The notes below the pieces were generated by a model that made no database searches, was not told where the DNA came from, and was given only the letters and a program-made list of their open reading frames with translations. This document shows, one piece after another, positions 47,401-61,019 of a stretch of DNA of 64,000 nucleotides (position 1 is its first letter; each line of letters starts with the position of its first letter). The position numbers and the translations under genes are program-made. This stretch comes from Eledone cirrhosa (lineage: Eukaryota): positions 378,696,001 through 378,760,000 of the forward strand of contig OZ024741.1 of assembly GCA_964016885.1 (NCBI GenBank). The letters are read 5' to 3'.

Positions 47401-47478
47401 AATTGCCTTGTCTGGTGAACGAATGCGGACGTTTCTTGTATTCGTATTATGAGAGAAAACACTGGTTATGAGGTAATT
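47401..47478 (+). ncRNA. Degenerate hammerhead motif in the inverted pLTR of element B
   Basis: aattgccttgt CTGGTGA..GAAAAC actg GTT atgaggtaatt; core mutated. Confidence 0.55.
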
Positions 47479-47577
47479 ATACTCTATTTTTCATTATACA
47501 TTAACTATTTAACTCTGTTACTTACATAGAGCACTCTTCATTCCTCTGACGTTTTCAATTTTCAATGGAAACTTCAA

Positions 47578-47643
<66 letters not shown>

Positions 47644-47646
<3 letters not shown>

Positions 47647-48009
47647 GGAGGTTATAGTTCACTTGAAGCATTGTGTAATGAGGTATAAACGTTTGAATAT
47701 GTATAATAAAGCCAAAACAATACAGGTATGGTCATAGAAAAAATAATGCAATTGCAAAAGATATTGTTAACAAATCGTCTTTTACCTTAGATTTATTTAA
47801 ATGTCCTTAATTTTCGAGATAATATCTCTTCTTCAGAGGGAGTTTGAGACCTTTATTTCCCTCTGAAGAAGAGATATTATCTCGAACATTAAGGACATTT
47901 AAATAAATCTAAGGTAAAAGACGATTTGTCAACAATATCTTTTGCAATTGGATTCTTTTTTCTATGTCCATTCCTGCATTGTTTTGGATTTATTATACAT
48001 ATCCAAACG
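47644..48009. mobile_element. Fold-back repeat (arms 47690-47841 / 47858-48009) with HHR-like ctgaaga agagat atta tctc gaa
   Basis: Direct reading; 16-bp spacer. Confidence 0.75.
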
Positions 48010-48062
48010 ATCGTTGGAAACACTTATGTATGTCTGGTAATATTTAAAAGACTCTAGATCTT

Positions 48063-48160
48063 AAGAGTTTACACTGTACACATTACTCGGTTACCATATC
48101 TATATTTTATATATATATATATATATGGTAACCGAGTTATGTGTAGTGTGTAAACTTTTA
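48063..48160. repeat. Short palindrome with (AT)n at its centre
   Basis: gtttacac..actcggttaccatat / atatggtaaccgagt..gtgtaaac. Confidence 0.8.
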
Positions 48161-48170
48161 AGGTCTTGTG

Positions 48171-48216
<46 letters not shown>

Positions 48217-49059
48217 ATAAGTAAGTCAAATACGTAAAATTTGGCATCGTTTATTATACATTTTAAATTTACTGATATATATATTGGCTGTGACCTCTTC
48301 AGGCAGTCCGAATTGGCGTGAGAAAGAAAGGTGCACATGTTGTTGAAGTGTGTTTCACCCCGTCAATACATCGATATGTCCAGCTCCTGGGTCTGTTGTT
48401 ATTCCTTTGAAGTCAAAAGTCTATAGAAATTCTTCTGAGGCAAGTCATCCTGTTATAGTTATTTTTGACAGAATGTTGAAGTGGTAGGGGTGTTACGGTG
48501 TTAGCTGGCAGGTCAGCTTTAGTATGCTGCTACTATGGTCTGAAGAATGTATATGTGTATGCTGGCATCTATCCTTCCACCATTGAACGTGGTCAGTATG
48601 TGGTTTCTTATGTGCCAAACAAATAAATAATGCGTGTCTGTTACAACCAATATCAATGATTTGAAAAGTATAAACTGAAATAGAAAACATGTGTGTCAGA
48701 ATGGAGAAGTGTAAATAATTACAATTCTTATTTTATCATAGAGTAGGTACGTGTGATTGTCCGTCAGCTCACGCGTGCACACGTATAAACACATGCTATG
48801 TGCATTGATCTCTTTACGTCCACACAGTCTAAGAAAGGATGAGTGCGTTTTAAAAAGAAATGAGGTAAAAGTGAAGTGTAAAATACAAAAGAACCTGTGT
48901 CTCAAAATCCAGAAGTGAAAAGGACTAGAATTCTTATTTCAGCATAAAGTACATATGCGTGTATGTCAACGCACACCGTTGCAAGCACACACGAACAAAT
49001 AGGGGCTAAGGTGCATTCGCACATAAAGTCTACACTGTCACACACACGCATATATATAT

Positions 49060-49112
<53 letters not shown>

Positions 49113-49114
49113 CA

Positions 49115-49474
49115 GATGATGGATGGGTGCTATACGAAAATGGTGAGGATGGCCCTGAAAATTAATCAGTATACACTGAGGATGAAAAACTCAGGGCTGT
49201 ATGGGAGCCTCTCAAAAGACAACTCAAAAGTGACACAGGGTAGACTGAGGTTAGCTGGACATGCTCACCGACATCCAGGGTTGACGTTGCACTCAGTGCT
49301 CCTGTGGGAGCCCCTACATGGACACACTGGAAGAGGAAGACCAAGGTTAACGTATGTTGATGCCCTAAGGACAGAAACAGGTCTGTTGGAGACGCAGGAC
49401 ATGGCAGCGATAATGAGGTACAGAGACCGCTGGAGAGAACTCGTCCATGGATCTCGGGAATTTTACCCGCCCTA
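49115..49474 (+). mobile_element. 5'-truncated RTE-clade LINE 3' end (C-terminal coding remnant)
   Basis: DGCYTKMVRMAL..RLRLAGHAHRH..LLWEPLHG..RGRPRLTYVDAL..RDRWRELV; embedded in microsatellites. Confidence 0.85.
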
Positions 49475-49478
49475 GAAC

Positions 49479-49511
<33 letters not shown>

Positions 49512-49514
49512 ATA

Positions 49515-50690
49515 CTACCAGCAGTACCCAGCGTTGCCTGGGTAGCTAAAATACTATCTGCTTTGATGAAAAGGTGTTGATCTTAGCGACTGCTTCTCGA
49601 TGACTCATCTATGGCTACACACAGGCCATGCGGTGGACGGTGGTGATGAAATATATCACTGAGAAACGCGGATGAGTGACGAAGGGGCATGCGGCGGGAG
49701 GGTGGTAATGATATCTAACACTAAGACAAATTTCCTCACGCTACTTCATTGGAAACCGATGAATTCACAAATACACAACTGAAAGCTCAGGCGAGGTCAG
49801 CGGCCATTTTGTTGCCTTTGACCATATATAACATGTGCAATGATAGGATATATCGTAGTATAAAAGTTGAACCAAATAAATTCATTTATGTGTGAGGTGG
49901 AGCCGAAGGTTCCTATCTGAACGAAATCGGTTGAAATATGTGGGAGCTAATGATAGGTCGCCGTCCCTGAACAAAAAATGCAAAGTTTAAATCTACTATA
50001 AGATGTGCAATGATCGGTACTAACGTAGTATAAACGTTGAACTAAATAAATTGATTTATGTGTGAGGTGGGTCCGAAGTTTCGAATTTCAACGAAATCGG
50101 TTGAAAAATTTGGAAGCTGGGTATGAAAAGGCGGAAATTTCAGCGAAAAGGTGGTATTTTCGAATAGATAAGTGACTGCCACGCCGTTCTTGAAGAAAAA
50201 ATCCAAAATGTAAGCCATTTTAAGACGTGCAATAATCAGATATAGCGTAGTGTAAAATTTGAACAAAGTAGGTTGATTAATGTCGGAGATAGAGCCGAAA
50301 ACGTGGAAATTTGAGTCTAAAACTGGTATTTTTGAATATTTAAGCGGCTACCACGCCGTCCCTAAACAACAAATGCAAAATATATAGGCATTACAGGATG
50401 TGTAATGATAAATTCTATTTTGCTTTAAAATTTGAACGAAATCGGTGGCAAAATGTGGGACCTAGAGACAACAATTTTATTTTTCGATACCTAAAGAAAT
50501 GTGACACCCCTATCGATTTCTATCTGGAGAATGATCCCGGAATTAAAAATCGATAGGCTGATACATGGTAAACACTCCCCGTTGACTAATCTATGTGCCT
50601 GTAAAGTTTCATGAAAATCGGTCGTAAGATGTAATACACAGACACAGAGACACACAGACACACACATAATTAATTTTGTTTATATACAGA
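49515..50690 (-). mobile_element. Non-autonomous Helitron with internal tandem subrepeats
   Basis: Minus strand: A|TC(tgtatataaac) start with tgtc-type microsatellite, 3' hairpin tacccag-gcaacg-ctgggta 6 nt before GTAG|T (CTRR variant); no TSD. Confidence 0.8.
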
Positions 50691-51794
50691 TATATAACAG
50701 TCGAGCACCCCTTACCTGAAGTTTGAATATATACTTTAGGCGTTGTACAAACTTCGAAACCAAAATCGCTATTTCCTTCAATTAAACAAGAAGTGTATAA
50801 TTTTAAACCAGTAATCGCTTACAACTGAGATGAATTTAATCTGTTGTCTCATAGTGTTATGATTAAAGCGATGGCCTTCATGTGTGTGCCTTGTTGTCAA
50901 TCTTCATATCGGCTGCTGTAACACCATGTATTAGAATATATAACTGAACCCTTTTTCTTACGAAAATGCGAAAATATGTATTCTTTCACATTATTACTGT
51001 AAACATTTTTTTCTAGTATCCCTAAAAGACCGTATCTGATATATTGCATATATGTGACAATTATATATCCTTCCTATTTGGAATGCTTTTGATCTATAAC
51101 AAATATTGAATTTAGACACATGTTGAGCGGAAACAAGTCGAGTATTTTAACAATTGCGCTTCATCGATACGATAATTTCTTGACCTTAGAAGGAAGAAAG
51201 GAAATGTTGACCTCAAATTAATTTGAATTCATATAGTATAGACCTGGAAGGAATAATGCTAACTATTTCTCTGGCACTCTTCCCAATCTCTCCATGCATC
51301 ATTCTGCTGTATATCTCAGGAGCAATAGTATCAAAGAATTGTTTCCCCTCACATTTCCTCATAATTATCTTTCTCAATATTTTTAAACATTCATATCTGT
51401 TGTTTCACGATTTTCCGTAATTGATTCATTGATGTTTGCTTTACATAAATAGGTCTTTACACCTATTAAAATTACACTATGTTTTCTATGTATGTATATA
51501 TATGTTCTTATTACCAGAGGTTTTTACATTATCTGGTGAAATAAATGCAAACCCGAACATATAATGTCATGTAAAATGAACGTATAATTAATATTTGTAA
51601 ACTATGTATATTTGTTCTACATTTTCATCTTTAAACACATGAAATGGCGCGATTATCTGGAATGTGTGAAACACTATAATCAGCTATATCTACCTAGAGG
51701 TACGACACTATGTGCCAGATAAGTATATGGGATGCACTATCACTTGAATCTCATATATTATAGAAGGCATCAGGTACAATTTAGCTAATAATTT

Positions 51795-51925
51795 AATAAC
51801 GGTTTCGTATTTTGGCACGACGCTAAGGATTTGCAAGAAGGAGAAACCTGTTTAACTTGACACTAGTGATACTTTATTTTAAGAATGAAAGGGAAAGTTT
51901 ACCTCGTTGAAAGTTGACTCAGACC
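51795..51925 (-). mobile_element. Strongly decayed SINE family 1
   Basis: ttttggcacga..atactttatttt..atgaaagggaaagtttacctcg..tgactcaga. Confidence 0.55.
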
Positions 51926-53138
51926 GTGAAAGTACAACAACATATGATGTACCCAGCACTAATAAATTATAAATGATATATTTCCCTGGTAATGTAGTTA
52001 GCCAAAACCGCTGATGATATGCTTGACGTCCATCATTATTTTCTTAGCATCTATATTTGCCTCAATTTAATTAGAAGGATAGATAAAAAATGTTGAAAAA
52101 TGGAAATAATTAAAAGCCATCATTATAAATAAGGATATATGAGATAATTTTAAAATGTATTAATGTACGTTAACATGAAAGCAAAACATAATTTTACAGA
52201 AAAAAATTGAACGTCTAAGTTGACGTCCAATCACCGCCTTAGTGGCTTAATTTCAAATCTCAACCAGTTGAAATATATTCGTGCCTGTTGTTTCTGTACA
52301 CAATTGCAGAATGCCAGTAAAAGTATTTCTGAAATGGATGTGTATTGTATTGACAATCTTGAGTACAAAAGTTTATCAGCTTTGATGAGTCATTAGGTAA
52401 ACATTGTATCTTTCAACCTACATGTTAACATGAAATTTCTCAAACTTTATTAAAAATATATTGTAATGCCTCTGACAATTTTACATATTTAAATATAAAA
52501 TTTGATGCAGATAACGTGTTTGAACTACTGTGATTTAATGGTTGAATTGATTAAAACGTTATCAAATTTGATCTGTATACATTATCCAAATCCACTGATA
52601 TAACCTGATGTATTTATACAGTTGCGGATCTTTTTCACTAGAAACAGCAATAGATTAATCCCGGACTATATCCTTCGCCTTCAAAAGGATAGAATTATAC
52701 AATTCTTGGAAGAAGAATGAATCAACATATGTAAAATCACAGACATATTAATAGTTAAGTTCCAAATATATTTGTTATTACAATGCTGAAAATTTCAGAA
52801 TATTCTCTACCTTTCCATCATATGAAACAAAATGTATGTTTTCAAATGTTAGTAAAACATCTGCAGATAGATATATTTTAATGTAGAACAGTTAAACGGG
52901 AAAAATAGAAGTGTGCCTCGTATTAGCTTAAATTTCGAAGCATTGAGAAAGGATAATATGTGGGTTATTAGCTGCCATGTTTCCTTCAGTGTCATGCATT
53001 GAGGCGGTTACTTCACATATAGATGGTGCGTCGGTCGATTCCTGACTGGTTTCTCTGAATACTTCTTTCGCTCTGCCGACTCATGCAGGATATAGATATC
53101 TGCATTTTGGCCACTATAAATATATATATATACATACA

Positions 53139-53249
<111 letters not shown>

Positions 53250-54284
53250 GGGACCTGCCCTTTGTATAGGAGCAAATTTTGGAACAGAATAGAAAGAACT
53301 ACGAATAAGACTAATAGAATAAACTCATGGTATGATAGCAATAAATTCCAGAGTGTAATGTTCATCGATACAACCCCTAGAGCTGAATTAGCTTACAAAT
53401 TTAGAAGGACCCTAGATAAACATAAACTCAATATTAAGATAGTAGAAAGACCAGGTACCTCTATAAAAAACACTTATTAGCAAGACATACCCTTTTCAAA
53501 GACCACCCTGTATAGATAAGAAATGTATAACCTGTAAATTAAGCCCCCATATTAACTGTAAAACTAGAAATGTAGTATATAGCATAAGATGTACTGAAGG
53601 ACAATGTAGAGATAAAAATATAGTGTACATAGGTGAGACAGCTCGTAGTGTAAGGGAACGGATAAATGAACACTAGCGAGACCTTCAAGATAGTAAATAA
53701 TCATCTGTACTCTACCAACATGCTAAAATAGAACTTAAGGGTAAATTAGAGAACATAGAAGTAAAAATAGAATCTACACACAGAAAAGACGCAATGTTTA
53801 GAAAAATCACAGAGGCAATAAATATAAAATAATTACAACCAAAATTAAATAAAAAAATGTGTGTGGAACAGCAACATCACAACTTACAATTAAGGACAAC
53901 ATAAAAACACACACGCACATAGAACAAACAACCAACCGGTAACATGTAAATAAACAAATAAATAATCGAATATAAACACACACAGACACCTGGATGTGGC
54001 GCATGCCCAGACTGAGCACACAAAACACACAGAAACAAGATGGCGTAGGATAGAACAAAGGAGTAGCACAAAAACAAAAAAGAAAAGAATCCCCAGTCAC
54101 TCAAGAGGTCACAGAATGTGTTACGAAAGAACTTTGACAATATATAAACAACCATCTGGTTGTGGAACCAACCAACCAACCGGAAATTTATAAATTCCTA
54201 AATTTATAAATTTATTATAATAAATTGAAGTGAAAAAATCTGGTGCGTGTGTTTCTTATTGGCAACATGACCCTCCCAAAGTAT

Positions 54285-54290
<6 letters not shown>
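53250..54290 (+). mobile_element. Decayed 3' part of a PLE (element E): thumb/linker/GIY-YIG remnant plus pLTR with degenerate HHR at ~54096-54138
   Basis: [24 protein letters not shown]; NCKTRNVVYSIRC..VYIGETARSVRERINEH; terminus shared with 27484 and 58620; (AT)n on both sides. Confidence 0.85.
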
Positions 54291-54331
<41 letters not shown>

Positions 54332-54564
54332 AAAGAAAAACTGATATAGAGTACACAAAAGAAAAGAATTAATAATGAATAATTGCAAAATCACAGAGTA
54401 CATATATCCAAAATGATCCATATGATTGTCAATTTGTCAATGTATAGATTGAATTGAGGGGGATTCTGTTCAAAAGCGATTTGGTGCAGGGAAATATGGG
54501 TTTATCTTAGTTTCTGTTTCCGCGATCGGAGCTCACCCATCGGTGTCCTGATTCTTTTCTACAG

Positions 54565-54614
<50 letters not shown>

Positions 54615-54619
<5 letters not shown>

Positions 54620-54854
54620 TATTGAAGTTTGCTTGAAGCATTGTGGAACAATAAGTAAATATCTTTAAGTCGTTTGGAAGCCTCGACAATGCAAATGGGT
54701 AAATCTCCGGGTAACAAGGTCCGGTGGTGGAGAGAGTGATGTAAGTGGGTGTACGTACACCCACTTATATCTCTCTCTTCACCACCGGACCTTGTTACCC
54801 GGAGATTTACCCATTTGCATTGTCGAGGCTTCCAAACGACTTAAAGATATTTAC
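54615..54854. mobile_element. Spacerless fold-back (arms 54655-54754 / 54755-54854, extension 54615-54654) in (AT)n
   Basis: 100-bp arms, 3 mismatches seen, centre gtac|gtac. Confidence 0.85.
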
Positions 54855-54888
<34 letters not shown>

Positions 54889-55439
54889 GGTGGGAGGTGT
54901 ATTTGCGTGTATCCGTGTGTGTGTGTTCACCTGTGTACGTGTGGATGAGAGAACGATACACAGTTCAACTGAAAAGCAGAGTAAATTTTATTGTAATCAC
55001 TGCCGTACATATTCATTCAATACATATGATGCTAATTTCTTTTACTATATAATTCCCTTTTTTTACCTGTTATTTTCTGTACAAAATCTCTGTATAGCCG
55101 TTCCACATGTGAAGTTAAATTTATAACCCAAAATTACTTTTGACATGTATATCTATTCATGCGTGCAATGAAGGAATTAGAATAAATTTAAAGTTATTCT
55201 GATAAATTCACTTAATTTTTGCTTAGATTCATTTGGTAACTTCTAAATGTTTTGAATGTTCAGTGATTAGTGATATTATTACAAGTTTGATACATTTGAT
55301 TATTTTACACATCAGCATTGATTTATGAATAAATAACTGTTGCAATTTACAATGTCTTCTCAGATAAGATTTTTTCTTTCAATATAGAATTATTGGCTAT
55401 TCAGCATTTAGTGATGTATATACCCTTCTAACAGCTACG

Positions 55440-55770
55440 AGGGTTGGATAACTGTTCGTGATGGGGAACACATGATAGGCAGATGGGGCGAAAAAGGAGC
55501 GTACGGACGGTGATCAACCAGTTCAAAGCGACAGTCATGCGCAGTATGCATTGAAACCATGTATGTGTCTGCTGAGACATTGTCCTGATATAACTAGGCC
55601 CCTTTCCTCGATTTTCCAGGGTACTTAGTCATGATAGCCTTTTGTAACTGAATCAAAGTTAGCGTAGTACTCTCCATTCATGATCTGACATTTTGAAGCT
55701 AGTCAATAAACACAATGCATTCTGCATCCCACCAAACTGTGGCCATCAACTTCCATGTCAATGAAACGAC
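55440..55770 (-). pseudogene. Mariner (Tc1/mariner) transposase remnant
   Basis: Minus translation KLMATVWWDAECIVFID*L..QLQKAIMTKYPGKSRKGA*LYQDNVSA..DCRFELVDHRPYAP matches KVMATVFWD..HQDNAP..HPPYSPDLAP. Confidence 0.88.
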
Positions 55771-56362
55771 TATGATCTTCTTTTAAAGATAATAGGATTT
55801 TCTATGAAGATATATAATATATATAATATATGTTTATATACAATAAACATGTGGGTAGCCACGATGTCAAAGCGATTTACATTTTCGACCGTCCTGACGA
55901 CCATAATGATGGGCAAAATGGAGGAAAATAGTTTTTCATTAAGAGAAATATATTTTCTTTTTATTACATATAAACGTTTGCATATGTTTATATATGTTTT
56001 CATTTGCTACCCATTATGCGTAAAAGCTGCCTAGGGCTATTTCGATTCATTTTTAATCAGCCAAATTCCCACTAAAAGCAAATCAGCATTATCCAGGTGA
56101 GGTGTCCTTTTTGCTATATACAAATGGACACCCAAAGTAAATGTTCATCACACAAAATTGCACATAGATACTAATCTATCACCATATTAGTAACAGCTGA
56201 GTGAGTAGTACTGATGAAAGATTAACAGTTTTTTAAACTAATATTCTCGATCCTACTGACAGTCTCTGTATTTTATTCAGACAAAGTATAGTAGTTTTGT
56301 GTTGACAAAAAATAATTTTCTTTTTTAGCGATGTTACCGTATGTTTATTTGATTAACACTTC

Positions 56363-56495
56363 TATATGTTTATATTTATTTGATATAAACAACTAATATA
56401 TGTTTATATACATTTGGTATAAACATCTAATATATTTTTATATATATTTGATATAAACACCTAATCGAATATTTATATATATTTGATATAAATAT
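56363..56495. repeat. Degenerate ~34-bp AT-rich minisatellite (~4 units)
   Basis: atatgtttatat.tatttgatataaaca.ctaat repeated. Confidence 0.75.
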
Positions 56496-58619
56496 GCAAT
56501 ATATATGAATATATATTTTCATATACACCACCCTATGGTGTTTAAATGCAGTCGCTGTGCTATTTCCAGATTAACTATAATCAGCCAGGAAACAGATATG
56601 CTGATAGAGCTGTCATTTGTTGCTCTGCACAACACTAGTATAAACATACATCTGATAACCAATTACAATCCTTCAATTACGGATTTAAACTATACACAAG
56701 AGACATGGTATTACGCAACCTTCAGATTATGACATACAAAATCAATTAAAATTGCATATTCCGTTGCAACCATAATTTACGCAACCATAATGTATCGTAT
56801 TACAGTCTTTTTTCATAGTTGTGTCTATACTTAGGTTTGACTTATCCCTGGCATTTAATATATATTCCATTTTACATGCATATCATATATTAATATTTTA
56901 ATTCCTTCATCCATTCGTTTAGGTTTCATTTAATAAAGAATACTTTTAATTTCTATGTATGATATTTTTTTTCCGTCTTAAAGCGTCTTCAGAAATCATT
57001 TACGTTTCATGATAAATGAATGCAATTACAGTGAAGACATGAACAGTATTGTAAATAACTGAAATAAAAATTCACTGGGAATGATTTCACCGATTTGCAC
57101 CATTGGTTTAATATGTTATGAGTGGTGTGTGCTTAGCCAAGAAGATTGTGACAGGGACAAAGGGGTAGAAACGGGGAAATGGCATGCAAATAATGATAAG
57201 ATTAGGAGAATATTTCATGCAAGATGTAGATCGAAAGTCCTCACAAACATCTGCGTCGAATTTTTAGACCTAGCTTAAATTCACATTATCAATAGAACTA
57301 TTTCATTTAACGTAGCATTCCCCCTCATGCTGCTAAATACTCTTCTGTTTTAAGTGAGATTTATTAGTTATCACTCGCATAGACAGTGTCCACAAGAAGC
57401 TGCGATTTTTATTAGTAAGTGTTTATTGTATAATAATAAATTGTGAAATTATTCCCTCTGTGGCAACACCTACCAAGCATTTCTTAAAATAGAATATTTC
57501 ATGACATTTTGCTTATGCTTAAAGAGAATCTTGCTACGATCAGAAACCGGTATAAAGGAGGTTACACATAATTTCGAAATATTATTGAAATCATTGTCTC
57601 TCCTTAGCGATACTTGTAAAAATGCAATATTTCCTATATTCTCTGGTATCTCGCCCTCGCATATAATCCTTATAAGCAGTTAAGCTGAATGGGTGAATCT
57701 ACCACTTAGATAGATAAATAGGTCTATGCACAGACTAGGTGGATTTATAGACAAAGGTACTTGGTCGTGTGATACTCATGTCTGATATACACCCCCCCAC
57801 ACACACACATACACACACACACACGCACACACACAAACACACACACATATATATTTATATATATATATATATATATATATAAGATAAATGAATTAGTTAC
57901 CTACTGAATCAAATAGAATATGTATGAAGTTTTAGACGTCAGGTGTTATGTTCTCTTACTCAATACATGTGCACGTGTAAAGGCAGTGATATATTAGCTA
58001 CCTTGATATAAAGAACAAACTCATTGAACCAAATTGATCAATTGGAGTCAGAAGCTGAAAGTTAAAGAGACACTATTATGATACGGAAATATACCGGAAC
58101 TAAGAAATAGAGCTACATGTGTGTGTGATATAGAAATATACATTATGTACGAAGAATTAAAGCCCACAGTTAAAAGAAAATATAATACTTCCTTACAAAT
58201 ATGTAACAGTTCATTAAATATTTAATTATTTTTGTGGAGAATCTGAATAATGCCTTTTGAAATACGAAGTTAAATTAAATTGACAAGTTTATCTGTTCAC
58301 TTTTGACAAGACATACTTAAAACCATTCAGAAACTTATAATAGAGTTTGCTCTGGTTTTACTTACTTTCGTAAAATAAATTTTAATATTTAAAAAATTTT
58401 TTTGTATTTTTTAATCCGTAGTTTTACATTTATATGTTCCTTTTTACTTCAGTTCGTTTTCTAAATGAATGCTTTTCTATAAACGAGAATGATATAATGT
58501 AGTGCCACGTGAGGGAACTGATACCAAATATAGAAATGGAGAATACACACACGTACATACACTTTCATATATTCATGTGTCTATGCATAAAGTTATGTGT
58601 GTATATATATATATATATA

Positions 58620-59232
<613 letters not shown>

Positions 59233-60120
59233 CATGTGTGTGTATGTGCGTATATGCTTGTGTATGTATGTATGTATGTTTAAGAGAACACTAAGCAAGA
59301 AGCCTTACACTGTGCCCAGGGAATGCTAGGAATATCGGTGGTGGATGAAATTAGATATAGACCTACGCAATCAGAAATGTCCGGGAAATGAACACGGACA
59401 ATGATAAATATGCCTAATATATTGATACAACAATGCATTTAGAGAATGACCTAACCTCAGATCAAATGCAATAATGCCAGATAGATCTGAAGCTAGACTC
59501 TAAATATATTTCTGTCAAGTGGAATATATTAATACTTTATAAAATTGAGCTAATACATATATATTAGAGATTCAAATGTTCACATATCTTTCTGTTCTGC
59601 ACATAGAAAATTCTATAACACTATATGTGTGAGTGTCACTAATTCAGCATAACTGCTTCAATATGGTCTGCATCTAAATGAAATGAAATTCAATAATATG
59701 AGACAAGGTTGAAACAAACGTTAACAATGCAAATATATGATAGAATTGAGCACGGTTTGAATTCAATAAAATTCATTAAATTTTCTAAATGGAATATTTT
59801 AGACGTCATATCAACTTACACACCACAACAAAAAGGGGGCATCGGTTATATTTTACAGTACATACAATACATTAAATACTAAACAATAAATGATTTCTTC
59901 ACAATATGAGTGATATAGGGACCGACGTTGAATTGGTGTGACGCCAGTTATTTAAGTAATATAAATACCCCACTCGGAGACATTGGTATTATTTATGAAT
60001 GCCACATTTAACATCATTCAGTTTCCACATATAGCGAATCACACCTGTTACAGTATATTATGACGTATGAATTGTCTGGAGTAAATTTTATGCAAAACAA
60101 TATACACATCGCATACATTT

Positions 60121-60703
60121 CGGTTGGCCGTATCGGTAGAGCGTCTGATGCTAAGTTTTGCAGCAACGAATTACGGTCCTTTATGGTCTGATATCAAATC
60201 CCGCCGAGGTTAACGTTGCCTTTCATCATTACGGGGTCCATAAAATGAAGTACCAGTAATGTATTCGGTAATTACCGGCCTTGTGCCAACAGTAGAAACA
60301 ATTATTTCTCTCGGATTGGCAGTATCATTACAGGGTTGGACCCCATAATTTGCAGCAGCGAGCTACCCCCCTTCCCGATCTGAGTTCAAATCCCTCCGCG
60401 GTTAAGTTTGCCTTTCATCCTTAAGGGGTCGATAAAATAAAGTAGATGTAATCCACTGGGATAATTGCTTGCCTTGTGCCCAAAGTAGAAACAATTATTG
60501 CTCTTTTTACCAGCATTGGATTGGAAGAATCGATAGACGGTTATACGCGATGAATTTCAGCATAGATTTGCGGCCCTTTACGTTTGTGCTCAAATCCCAC
60601 CGAAGTTAACTTTGGCTTTCATCCTTACGGGGTCGATAAAATAAAGCACCAGTAATGTACGGGGATAATTGCTGGCCTTGTGCCAAAAGTAGAAACAATT
60701 ATT
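60121..60703 (+). mobile_element. Three head-to-tail SINE family 1 copies (~60121-60305, 60313-60498, 60517-60703)
   Basis: Each has an A/B-box head and gtagaaacaattatt tail; mutually diverged. Confidence 0.9.
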
Positions 60704-60768
60704 ACTCTTTTTACAGAAATTACAAGTAGCCATTGCAATATATATATGTATATATATATATATATATA

Positions 60769-60960
60769 ACGAAGGAAATGTGGTAAGGAACCAAATGGAC
60801 CATAACGCACCAAACTACTCAATACTTAGGGTAGTAGAGTTGGTAATCGGAACAAGTACGATCCCGACGGCTGAGCTCAAGCCGTTTCGACGTCTAATTG
60901 TGGACTCAGAATTAGCTGTCGAAACGGCTTGAGCTCAGCCGCCACGGTCCTACTTGTTCC
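60769..60960. mobile_element. Fold-back remnant (arms 60849-60899 / 60910-60960, extension 60769-60848) with HHR 3' half
   Basis: gtc GAAAC ggct tgagctc agcc GTC; (TA)n on both sides. Confidence 0.75.
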
Positions 60961-60987
60961 TATATATATATATATACACACACAAAC

Positions 60988-61019
<32 letters not shown>

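Larger units (their letters stand above)
44220..47581 (-). mobile_element. Old near-full-length Naiad-type PLE (element B body) with inverted pLTR at 47221-47581
   Basis: Coding remnant 44977-47069; inverted terminal copy carrying an HHR remnant. Confidence 0.88.

Noticed and set aside
56363-56495. CRISPR-like ~34-bp repeats
   Set aside because: Contiguous degenerate units without unique spacers, eukaryotic context, no cas genes
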